DNA from: Eledone cirrhosa
Lineage: Eukaryota
Assembly (NCBI GenBank): GCA_964016885.1
Contig: OZ024742.1
Span: forward strand, 3,038,001-3,102,000
Direction of reading: 5' to 3'
DNA length: 64,000 nt
Position 1 is the stretch's first letter, and each line of letters begins with the position of its first letter. Shown in pieces: positions 46,008 through 58,099 of the stretch. Position numbers and translations under genes: made by a program. The notes under the pieces were generated by a model, which saw nothing but the letters and a program-made list of their open reading frames with translations, made no database searches and was not told the origin of the DNA.

Positions 46008-48004
46008 TATCAGAGCCATATAGAAGCTGTCTTCTTCTTGGGCTACTATCCTAAAGTTAAACACAGAGAAGGAGGACTCTATTTTCACTGACAAAATAAA
46101 ATATCGCAGGGGTATATTTCAGGGAGACAGTCTCTCTGTGATATTTTTCATCCTGTCATTAAACCCCTTGTCCTTTCTGCTCAAGAAATGTGAAGGATAC
46201 ATCATTGGCTCACAGGAGGACAGAAATACTAACCTAACCCATAATTTCTTTGTGGATGATCGGAAACTCTATGCCAAGAACATGGATGGGATGAAGAAAA
46301 ATCTTGACCTGGTTACAATATTCTCAAAGGATATAGGAATGGTGTTTGGCCAAGAAAAATGTTCATATATGACTGTAAAGCGGGGAAAAACAACAGCCCA
46401 ATCTAGCAACATTGTCATCAATGGCCTAACTGTTTCACCGATATCTGATGAAGACTGCTACAGATACATGTGGATAGATGAGAACATATCCTATAAAGGG
46501 TATCTGTAATAAGGAACGCGTAACCCGGGAATACTACACCCGATTAAGAAAGATTTGGTCATCGGAACTCTCTGCGCAAAACAAAACAGTGGCTCACAAT
46601 GTGTTTGCTGTGCCTGTCCTAACACCAACGTTTGGAATACTCAATTGGACGATAGACGAAATCCGAGTGATTGATGTTAGAACTCGAAAAATACTAAACA
46701 ACAACGGAAACTTCCACATCAACAGTGACATAGACCGCCTTTACTTGAAACGTAAGCAGGGAAGCAGAAGCCTAAAATCAGTCCAGACAGCATTTGAATG
46801 TCGCGTCATATCCCTCCGACAATATCTACGAACCTCAAATCGTAGGAGCCCGTCTCTCGAGAAAGTCTATCTGCATGAAACAGATTAGATCATGAGATTT
46901 GGGAGGGAACTCCTAGAGAGATATTCCCTGTGTGATAATCAAAAACTCACACACAGGGAAGTCGCTCAGCAGTATCGCAGTGAATACATGGATGAAAAAC
47001 TGCATGCTTATCAGCAAAAAGTCATGCATGGATATGTTGCCAGGAAGCTCCAGAGTGAGAGTAATATAGATAAAGATGTAGCCTATCTTGGACCAACAAC
47101 CGCTATATTGGCTCTCACTTTGAAGGATATGCTTTTGCAATCCAAGAACAGGAAATCAACACGAAATACCTGATTCACAAAAGAGATAGGGATGCAGGCA
47201 AAACACCTAGATGTCATAACAAGTGCAGATTCTGCAGAATTAACATCGAGGATGTCACCCATGTTATAAGCAGTTGTCCAAAGATGTCATCGTGGTACTA
47301 TCTACCTATGAGGCATGATGTAGTGGCCCAAACACTGTACAATGCAACCCGTAGAAAAGATAGCCCCTATAATAAACACATTAAAAGCTACAGCAATGTG
47401 GAAAACATACATATACATAATATGAAAGAGTACTGGTGGAATGGTCCAATAAAAACCCCAATAAAATTCAGGCATAACATACCAGATATTATGATATGGG
47501 ACAGGGAAAAGAAGGCATGCATAGTAGTGGAAGATAGCAGATGCCAATATAATATCAAAGATTAGCGAAAAGGAGAATATTTATGCAGAACTGATGAGAA
47601 TTCTGCAGATACTCCACCCTGATTACACCATCAGATTTAAGCCTGTGATTATCGGGGCACTGGGGTATGTTAGTAACTGCCTCAATACAAATCTTGAGAA
47701 GCTGGGCTTCACAGAAACAGAAAGAACATGACTAGTTAGAAAATTACAAGTACAATCCATTAATGGAACAGTAAAAATATGTAAAACATTCCAACAATGT
47801 TGCATATACACATGTGCAGATACAACTTAAAACATACAGCTCCACACATACAATAACATCCATACCCGCACACACATGCATGCAGACATACGTATCTACC
47901 TAGTTGATGTTGTGTAAATTCCAATGAGAGAGTCTTGTGTCTATGTTAGAAATCGACTCTCCCTCTATTGGTAAAACTTAGTGAAATTATATAACCAGAA
48001 GAAC
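46006..48004 (+). mobile_element. 5'-truncated R4/Dong-like (restriction-like endonuclease) LINE, disrupted
   Basis: RGIFQGDSLS, FFVDD, CRFC..HVISSC knuckle, RHDVVA, PDIMIWD; (CATA)n on both flanks. Confidence 0.9.
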
Positions 48005-48040
48005 ATACATACATACATACATACAAACATACATATACAT

Positions 48041-51000
48041 ATGGCTGCCCCCTCGTTATCGAGTATGGCCATTGCACGAGAAAAAAAACATAATAATAAT
48101 AACAATAATAATAATAATAACAACAATGATAATAACAACAACAACAACAACAATGATAATATACATATACATATATACACACACGCACACACATAAACAT
48201 ATCTATACACACACACACGATAGCAATTAACAGCGCTGCGATCGAATGTGGCTTTTTAGCCCAGCCAATGATCTAAAATGTCTTGCACAGAGTTGGCAAC
48301 CAAAACATTCACTGGGAATAGCCGGCTGTGGTTGGAGTTCATGTACTTTTGCATGTCGTTTGAGCCCTCCTGCTGATTTACATTCTCTACCACATGCTTG
48401 GCAAGCATGATGAGTAGCATCTCCAACAGCAGCCTGGTAGTCAACCACTGGTCTTACTTTATGACTGCGAAGATGACTTTCGAGTCCAGCTTTGCTTAGG
48501 CAGAGTCTCGTACAGACGCTGCATGTCAGCACCATAGGAGGACCTTCGCCGTCTGGAAGTGCAACAGCAATGCCCTTCCTCACATCCCGCTTTACTTTCT
48601 CGTATGCGATTTGAGATGCCTCAAAGGCAACTTTTCCCTCATATACAGTCTTTTTCCATTTATTACGATCAGCAGCAACATTTTCCCATGTATCAGCAGA
48701 GATATTAGCGTCTTTCAAAGAAGCTTTCAAGGAATCCTTATACCGCTTTTTTGGGGTTTATGTGGCGGTCATTTTCCTTTAACTAACTCTCCATAAAAGA
48801 GTTGTTTTGGAATTCTAGAATCCTTCATCCTGGCAAGGTGACCATTCCAACGGCGTCTTTGCTTAAGCACAAGAGTTTCTATACTGTCACACATAGAGCT
48901 TTCCAAAATATCGACATCACTGATGTGGTCCCTCCAGTGAACGCCATGGATCCGTCTGAGACACATCTGATGGAAACGCTCCAATTGCTTAAGGTGGTGT
49001 CGATATGTGACCCAGGTCTCGCAGGCACAAAGAAGAGAAGAGAGCACACATGCCTTGTACACCTTTACCTTTGTCTTCTTGCATATGTCTCGCCGACCCC
49101 AGAATCACCTTTCTAGCTTTCCGAAAGCATCACTTGCTTTCCTAATCCTGAGTGGGATTTCACTATCAATGTTGCTGTATCGACAGTGCTTCCCTAGTAG
49201 ACAAACTGATCAACCACTCCAAGTCGTTTACCATACACATAGCTATTTGGTTCACTGTACTGCTTACCAGGGGCAGGTTGGTACATGACGACGGTTTTCT
49301 TGAGACTGACAGTCAATCCTATGTCAGTGCAAGCATCAGAAAATGCATTCAAAATGTGCTGCATATCACTCTCTGTGTGCTCTACAAGATCGCAATCATC
49401 TTCATACAAGAGGTCGCTTATGATTGATGTAAATACTTTTGTTTTTGCAGCAAAGCGCCTGATGTTAAATATGCTGCCTGAGGTTCGATATTGGATGTAA
49501 ACACCATGCTCGCAATTCCTGAATGCAATACAGAAAACCATTGCAAAGTATATGGCAAACAGGGTCGGTGCTGGAATATCCCCCTGTTTCACTCCATTTT
49601 TTACTGAGATAGGCTCCGACATGTTACTTCCGACATTAACCCAAGCCTTCATGTCGTCATGGAAAGACATAACTAACGAAAGGAACTTATCACGGCAATC
49701 AAGTTTCTGGAGAACCTTCCATAATGCATTTCTGTTAACAGTATCGAAAGCTTTTGACAGATCGACAAAAACCTGATACCGATCCAAAGCTTGTTCCATG
49801 CACTTCTCCTGGAGCTGTCTAGCTGAGAAGATCATATCAGTAGTGCCGCGTCCAGGACGAAAACCAGATTGACTTTCAGGAAGAATACAATCTGCAATGT
49901 GTGTAAGCAGACGGTCCAGAAGCACCCTACATAAAACTTTCCCTACGACAGAAAGCAATTATATACCTCTGTATGTTCCCACAATCATTCCTGTTACCCT
50001 TTCCCTTGTACAAGACCACCATTACTGCATCTCCCCAGTCCTCAGGTACGGATTCATTAGCCCATATCCTGCCAAACAAAGAGTGAAGATGTTTCAGGAG
50101 TCTCTCACCACCATATTGTAGGAGCTCAGCATGTATGCGATCCATACCTGGAGACCTTCCACTGTTCAGCTTCGAGATAGCCACTGCAACCTCCACAAGC
50201 GTCGGAGGTTCTGCGAGTGCTATTTTCACAGGTCTTTCTGGAATGAGATTGAAGAAATCTTCATTGACGACAGACGGCTGATTCAAAGGATCATCAAATT
50301 CCTCTCGCCAGCTTCGTAGAATGACTTGTGAGTCACGAAGAAGTTATTTGCCATCCCTGCTGCGAAGCGGTGTCACCAGAGAAGAAGACTGTCCATAAAC
50401 TTCACGCAAGAGATTGTACAACAATTTTTTTTATTGGAATCTGACGCAGCTTGTATCTCATCAGCCTTCTCACTCCACCACTTATCCTTCATCTGAGAAA
50501 GACTACTCCTAACACGTGATTTCACATCCTTGAGTTCCTTCTGCAACATATTCTTCTCCTGTGGTTTTGCCGTCAAGTAGCGTGACAGAGCACGCCTCTT
50601 ATCAGCCAACAAGTCTTCTATATGTTAATCATTCTCATTAAACCAGTCTTGATGTTTTCTCTGCACCAATCCCAGAACACGCCTGACTACATCATAAACC
50701 GACTTGTTAAGGGTCGGCCAATCCTCACCAAGATCTGCAAAATGCATCTCTTCTCGCAATGTCCTCTTCACATTTTTATCCCTAAGACGAGCAGCATTCA
50801 ATCTTCTGGGCAGGGCAACAGCAGGAGTCTGGATTTTACGTTTAGTGATTAGTCCCACTTTTGCACGTACCAGGCGGTGGTCCGTCCAGCACTAGTATCC
50901 ACGAAGACCACGAACACACTGCACATTCTGTCTGTCACGCATCCTGACTAGGACGTAGTCCAAAAGATGCCATTCCTTAGATGCAGGATGCATCCATGGG

Positions 51001-51720
51001 GTCTTAAATGTGTTCTTTTGTTGGAACGTGGTGTTAGTAACACACAGATCCAGCCCCTCACACATCTGCAGCAGGAGCATACCATTGTTGTTACACTTTC
51101 CCATCCTATGCCTTCCGATTACATTCCATGTGTTAAAATCTCTACCAACTCTAGCATTAAAGACACTAAGTACGATGACTTTGTCTACCTGAGGGATATT
51201 TGTTAAAACACCTTTCAAGGCATGGTAAAAGGACACTTTTTCTTCATCGACAGAATTCATAGTTGGAGCATACACACTCACCAGGGTCGCATATCTTCCT
51301 TTGTCCAGCGGAATTCTCATGGACATAAGACGTTCACTAATCCCTACTGGGAATTCTTCTAATTTATTCACAAGAACAGTCTTAACAGCAAATGCTACCC
51401 CAGCCTCTCTTCTGGTTCCTTCATCTCTTCCTTTCCAGAAGAATGTATATTCTCCACAAAATTCTGTAAGATGACCATCTCCAGCTAACCTCGTCTCAGA
51501 TAAAGCCATGATGTCAAGATCGTAACGTCGAAGCTCCTTTGCAACAAGAGCGGTCCTTCGTTCAGGACGCCCCAAGGAATCCCAGTCAAGCAGCGTCCGT
51601 ACGTTCCAGCAGCCAAGACTAAATACCTTGTTTGGCTCTATTACAGTGGCACGATGACGAGCGGGCCCATGCTGTGATAACCAGAGGCCCCTGCCCTTAT
51701 TGCCAATTATCTCTTTTGTT
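48041..51720 (-). mobile_element. Near-full-length RTE-clade LINE (APE + RT + C2H2 fingers), multiply frameshifted
   Basis: WNVRTL, ALSETR, SVYAPT, LLDYVL; QSGFRPGRGT, FVDLSKAFD, GVKQG, LYEDD; RIPKQLFYGEL; (ATGT)n tail. Confidence 0.93.
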
Positions 51721-51801
51721 CCAGAACCTTATTGCCAATTATCTCTTTTATATTGTTTTGGAACATCATTGAATTGGAAAAAAAGTAATAATAATAGTAA
51801 A

Positions 51802-51833
<32 letters not shown>

Positions 51834-52445
51834 GGATTTCTTTATTGGCCACAAGGGCTGACATCAAGAAAAACATTACAGACGGCACAGGACGGTACGG
51901 TGTGGGTTTTGTGCGTGTAAATATTTTTATTATTTATATAAGAAAAGAAAAAAAAAAGGACATAAAACATATATATATATAAACAATAAAAATGAAAATT
52001 GAAACAATGAAAATTCCCCAATAGGGGGGAAACCTCCGAGGGTTACTCGTGGCGAAAACCACACAAAAGACCACGGCCACCCTGACCACCAGGGCAAGCT
52101 CCCTCTCTCAATGTTTCCATCTCTCAAACTACAGACGTATATTCAGAGTGGTCCCGTTCACTCGGACCATTCTCGCTACATTCACCCACCTTTCAACAAA
52201 CTTGCTAGAAAGCAGCACTTGCCTCTCCACCCTGATTTTCCTCTTCAAGTGAAACTTGAAAAAGTTAATTAGGGATTCGCCGAAGAGGAAAGTGTTTGTC
52301 TTTATCCCTTTTAACCTTGTCCATCACACAATCTCTTTCGCCATGGCCACCAGGCAGATGAAAACCGCCTGCCCTTCCTCCTCGAAGGCAGACGGCGAGA
52401 CCATCTGCACAATGGACTCAGTCGACAACCGGATCAGTCCCAAAT
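51834..52445 (-). mobile_element. L1/Tx1 3' fragment
   Basis: Paralogous to 52455-53040; ends cccttgtggccAATAAA, then (TTA)n. Confidence 0.85.
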
Positions 52446-52446
52446 G

Positions 52447-55400
52447 TGATAATAATGATTTCATTTATTGGCCACAAGGGCCGAAATATAGGGGACAATA
52501 CAAAAGACTGAGACAGTGGGGTTTTACAGAAAAATCGAGTAAACAATATGAATAACAATAACAAAGTAACAATAACAAAGTAACAATAAAGTAACAAGAA
52601 AATTACAAGAAAGAATTCCCCAATAGGGGCATGACCACCTATGGTTTGCTCTGGTACCCCACCAGTCCTGAACGACCCGACGCTTCGAGAGCACGCTGGA
52701 AGGGCACCCTCTCCTCCTCAAATTTACCTACCTACAGCCGCATGACCAGAGTAGGCCCACTCACACGGGCCATTCTCGCCACATTCACCCACCTTTCAGC
52801 AAATGTACTGGGGGGCAGCACTTCTCTCTCCACCCTTACCTTCCTTTCCAAGTGAAACTTGAAAAAGTTGATGAGGGATTGGCCGAAGAGAAAAGTGTCT
52901 GTCTTCAGTGCTTTCAACCTCGTCCACCATACAACCTCTTTCGCTACGGCCACCAGACAGAGGAAAATTGCCTGCCCTTCCTGGCCAAAAGAAGGCGGCG
53001 GGTCATTCTTCACTATGGACTCGGCCGATAGTCGGATCCGTTCTACACGCGACAACAGCTGTTCAACAAAACTCCACAAGTCAGTAATGCACGGACACTG
53101 GACGTGTGCGTGCAGAACGGTTTCGTCGCTCTGCGCGCATCTCGGGCAGGTCCGTCTGACAGCACTTCCGTGCCTGTAGAGTTTATCTCGAACCGGCAGT
53201 GCCCCTCGGTAGCACTGGCAAGCGAGGGATTTTTGGAAATTATCCATCGTCCCCGGCTCGAAAGTCCTCCAGTACAGACTGGTTAGTTCGACTTCGTTGA
53301 CTCCCAGAGCCTCTCCGAGTGCGTCGTCGCACTTTCCCCACCACTAATCCTCTATAGAACTCGAGAATGGAAGTTCCACTGACCGCATTGCTCGCCTGGT
53401 AGAGGGCAGTGAGTGCCTGGCAACATTCCAGATGCCAGTCACCCAGTCTCGGTCTATTCTTGACCCAGGACTGCAGCTCAGTCAAAGAAACGAGCTGCGG
53501 AAAGGCCCGTCTGACAAACGGCGACCACACCTGTTCACCGTTTAGGCAGAATATCTGGAGATGCCGCAGCCTCAGCGCGTGCCTGCGCATCATTTGCCAC
53601 GGCATGCCCAGCCTTCCACGTAGAGGGTGCTGGCAGCAGATGGACCGCCTGACCAGCGGAACCTGACCCCTCCACAAGAATTCGAAGAGGAGCCGCTCCA
53701 AGATGACGAGGCGCGAACGCGGGCAAGGGACGACGGTCAGACGGTAGTAGATGACGGATGCGATGTACGTGTTCGCCACCTCCGCCCGACCTTTCAGTGA
53801 TAGCTTCATCCCAGCCCATTTCTTGGTGAGACTGGCTATCCTGCCCGTCACCTAGTCCCAATTCTTATCCACCTGGAGGTTTGGCCCGAACCAAACCCCG
53901 AGCAACTTTACCGGTCCGTCCGTCCAGCGCCTAACGACTCTGTTGGACGACATGGCCTTGCATCTCCAGGTGCCGAGTTGCAAGCCCACCGACTTTTCCG
54001 GGTTAAGTTTGGCTCCCGTCAACCTTTCATATTCCTCCAATAAGTTGCCGACCACCTCGATTTCTGAGGTGTCCGACACCATCACGGTGATGTCGTCCGC
54101 ATAAGCCGACACAGCCTTTCCGCGTCCAGGTTTGAGCGGGATGCCCTGCAACAGCTCCAGCTTCCGCAGTAAAGGCTCGAGAGTCAATACGTACAGAAGG
54201 GAGGAGAGAGGGCACCCTTGACGGACCGATCGGGAGACCTGAAACGGGTCCGAGAGGTGGCCATTAATTTTGACCATCGAGCAGGTGCCGCTGTGCATTG
54301 CAGCGATCCAGCTTCTGAAGACAGGGCCGAAGCCAGCCGCCTTGAGGACAGCCTCCAGGTACCGATGGTCGACCCTATCGAATGCTTTCGATTGATCTAA
54401 ATTGATCAGAGCCCCACCGAAGCCAGGTTTACACCCTACCCTCTCTATGATGTATCGCATTAGGTGGAGGTTGTCGTGTATGGACCTGGTCGGGATTGCG
54501 CAAGTTTGCGCCTCCCCAACCAAATCCCCGACGACAAGCGCCAACCTCTTCGCTAACACACTGGCCAAAATCTTAAACTCTGTGTTGAGCAGAGTTATGG
54601 GCCTGAAATTGTCTAATGTGTCCCTCTTGTTCTCGTCTTTCCTCATCAGCGTCACTACGCCCCGGCTCACAGAACTGGGAATAATCCCGTTTTGCTGCCA
54701 GTTGCAGTAGAGGGCTTCGAGGAGATTGGAGAACAAGTCTGGCATATTTACGTAAAGCTCGTAGGGCAGACCATCCAAACCGGGTGACTTGCGCCTCATG
54801 CAGCCGAAAAGGGCATCCTTAATCTCAGCTGAAGTAATTAGCGTTTCGCAGCGCCCAGCGTCAGCCGTCGAGAGTTGCGGCAAGCCATCGAGGTAGGGAC
54901 TGAAGTCCGCCACCATCTCTGACCCGCCACTTCCCCCGAACAACCGAGCAAAATGTTGGCGAAAGGCCTCACACATCCTCTTGGAATCGCTCAGCTCGTG
55001 CCCGTCTCGGTCCGCCAAAGACCGAATTGTGGTTTTATTACCACGCTGCGCCTCCGCCACGCGGGCCCATCGAACAGCTTGGTTTCATTCGTTTCTCAGC
55101 GCACGCGCCTTAGCTCTGACAATGCACCCTTCATGTTTCGCATTGAAGAAATGGTCTAATGCCATTCTCGCCGCTAGCACGTCAGTTGCAATGCCACTAC
55201 CAATAGCCTCGTCTAACTTATCTACCAGATCCTTCTCCTTTCTATTTTTCTCTAACGCTACTTCTTTCGACATTACTCTAATCTCTCTTTTGAGAGCCCC
55301 CACCATCTATTGTTGACGACGCCCCCTGTCAACTTTTTCTTAACTAAATTGTTGACCTGGTCCCTGTAAGCCTTACGTGCCGGAAATGACATGTTTAGCT

Positions 55401-58058
55401 TCCAGTAACCAGGTCCTAACCTACGCGTCTTATCCAGCTCCACCATACAGATCACAAACTTGTGATCTGAATAGGCGACCGTTTCAAAACGTGGACAGCT
55501 TACACTATTTCTGTCTATTTTCCTAAAATGAATATCCTGTCTATATACGATCTAGATGACCCTATGCGGTTAGCCAAGGTCCACACTGGCGCATTAGGGA
55601 AATATAGTCGGTAACTGTCAGACAGTTGGAACTGGCTAATCGCATAGGGTCATCTAGATCGTATATAGACAGGATATTCATTTTAGGAAAATAGACAGAA
55701 ATAGTGTAAGCTGTCCACGTTTTGAGGCTTTTGCACCCCCCCCCCCCGCTCCTATCGGATACTCCCACACAGTCCCAGCGTGAGTCTAAGATGCCGTTCC
55801 AGTCCTCCGCTAACAGTAAAGGGCGAGACGTACCCAGAAAGGCTTCCAGGCGTCTAAAGAAGTCCGGCCGTCCTGCCTCAGTAGGAGCATGAAGGTCGGG
55901 TTGTTCGACCTCCATAGTTGGTGGAGTTTCTTTTGGGAACCCCTTTAAAAGTCTTGAAGTGGTTTTTACGTTCAGGGTTCCCACGTCCCGAGGAAATCTG
56001 TCTCGTATTTCTTTGAATATATCGAGCGACATTCGCACCAGAACCACATCTTCCGGCACGCGAAATGTGCTCGATTTAAAAATTTCCCCGTTTTTTGAAT
56101 ATTTTCACTTTGTGCTACGAGGGCCATCAGTTCCTTGTTGGCCCTCCTGACGAACACGAAGTTTTGTATGTTTTGTTGGTGTGATTTTATTTGTTTGCGT
56201 GGCTGTGGTGGTGATAGTTTTGGTGATGTTGTTTCAGTTGGGTCTGTGTTTGTTGTGAGTGCGGTGTCTGTGGTTTCAGATGTTTGTGTGTATATTTGTT
56301 CTTGCGTCTGTTTAGGTTGTTTGCGTTTGGGGGATTCTGGTGATGGTGATGGTGGTGTTGATGTTGGTGTTATTGGAGAGATGTTTGCGTGGGTGGTGTC
56401 TGCGTTACTTATTTTGGGTGCTTTTGCACTTTGTTGAGTTTTTTTTCTTTTTGTGTTTCCTTTTTTGTATTTTCGGGGATTTTGGATTTCCCTCATTTTC
56501 CCTACTGGTAGATGAGGGGTCTGTGTCTGTAAGTGTGTCTGTATGTATGTTTATGGTTTTATTGGTGTGTGTATTTTTTTTGGGGGGGGGATTGACAGCT
56601 TCCCTCGTTTCCCTCCTGGGTGGTTAATGTTGGCGGTGGTCTTTCTATTGATGTTGTTGTTGGTGGTTTTGCCGGTGCTGGTGTTGGTTGTGGTCCTCGC
56701 CCCGGCGTCGGCAGCAGTGGAGCCTTTCGACCCCTTGCCTCTTTCAGCAGTTGAGGGCAGAAGGCTCGCAAATGGGGTTTTTCCCCACAAACAAAACACT
56801 GCGGCCTTGTGCCTTCGGTCATAATGTAAATGACAGTCCCATTCTGAAGGCGGATGTGGTCTGGGATTGTCTTCACATTCTCGGGCCTGATCTGGAGAAG
56901 GATCTCCAGGTCAACCCCGGACTAGTCCTCTCAGGCCGTTCTGGTCACTTCTATAGGGACGGTATCCGTCCCCTCCAAAATAACACATCCCAGAAGCCAC
57001 CACATGTCAAGTCCTGGTGGGATTCTGGGAATGCGGAGACGGGCCGTTCTTTTTCCCATGTGGGAGGGGTATATTATGACCTTGCTGGTTTTGCAAGGAG
57101 TCATAGCGTGTTTCATAGCGAGGGCTTCTGACTTGAACAACACCGAAATGGTGCCGTACTGTCTGCCCCTCTCTATGTATTCGGTGTCTTCTCTGATGCA
57201 CCTCAGCGCGACTTCGACATCTTCTTGTGGGATTAAAGCTGCCCTTTTGGTTTGTGCTGAGATGCATCTATAATGCACCGTTCTGCGCTCCACTGCCTCA
57301 ATAGCTTCTACCGGGATAGTTAAGTTGGCCCAGGTTTGCTCTTGCTTGATGAGCTTCCATGCCTGGGCCAACTTTTCATCTTTGTTTGAGAGGTCCATGT
57401 TGAAGCATAGCCTCTTTTTTGCTGCTGCCGCAGCGAAATGTTCTTGATTTCGTTGGGGGTGTTGTTGTCGTTGTCGTTGTTCTTGTTGGTGTTGTTGTTA
57501 TCACTGTCGCTGTAATCATTGTTGTCTTTGTTGCCACCGTTGTTCTCGGTGCAGTTGGTATTGTTGCTGTTGGTGTTGTCGGTATTTGTTTTCATGCTAG
57601 TGGTGTTGATGTTGTTGTTGAATTTGTTATTTTATTTTTTGTTATCTGTATTTTTGTTGTCGCTGTTACTGTCATTTTTTTCAAAATTAGTGTTCTTATT
57701 GGTATCATTGGTGTCTTTGTTTACATTGTTTGTGGTGGTGTTTGTGTTATCAATGTGTGTTAATTTCGCTGTAGTGCTCCTCTCAACTTCTACGTCGTTG
57801 TCGCACGACAGCATACATATCGCTGGGGGGGGGGGGGGGGGCTCAGCCTTGTTTTTTTTTCTCCTAAATTTTTTTAACATGTAAAAAGAAAAGTTGAAAT
57901 ATTTGGGCCAAAAGTCCCAAATATTATACTTTCCCCTTCACGGGGCAACGTCTAAGGGCTTATATCCCTTACACAACAAGAAATATTTAACAACAAATAA
58001 TTTTAACAGGCAAATAAAGCGACTTACTGGGAGCGAGCAAAATACGTCCGATTAGACC
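52447..58058 (-). mobile_element. Essentially full-length L1/Tx1-clade LINE (ORF1 ~57880-55900; ORF2 ~55890-52732), disrupted, APE N-terminus deleted
   Basis: ORF2 motifs DWNGILD, YIDRI, YSDH, YWKLN, SPGLDGLP, LDQSKAFD, QGCPLS, YADD, CPRC..ETVLH..C; ORF1 knuckle CFVCGEKPHLRAFC. Confidence 0.92.
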
Positions 58059-58099
<41 letters not shown>

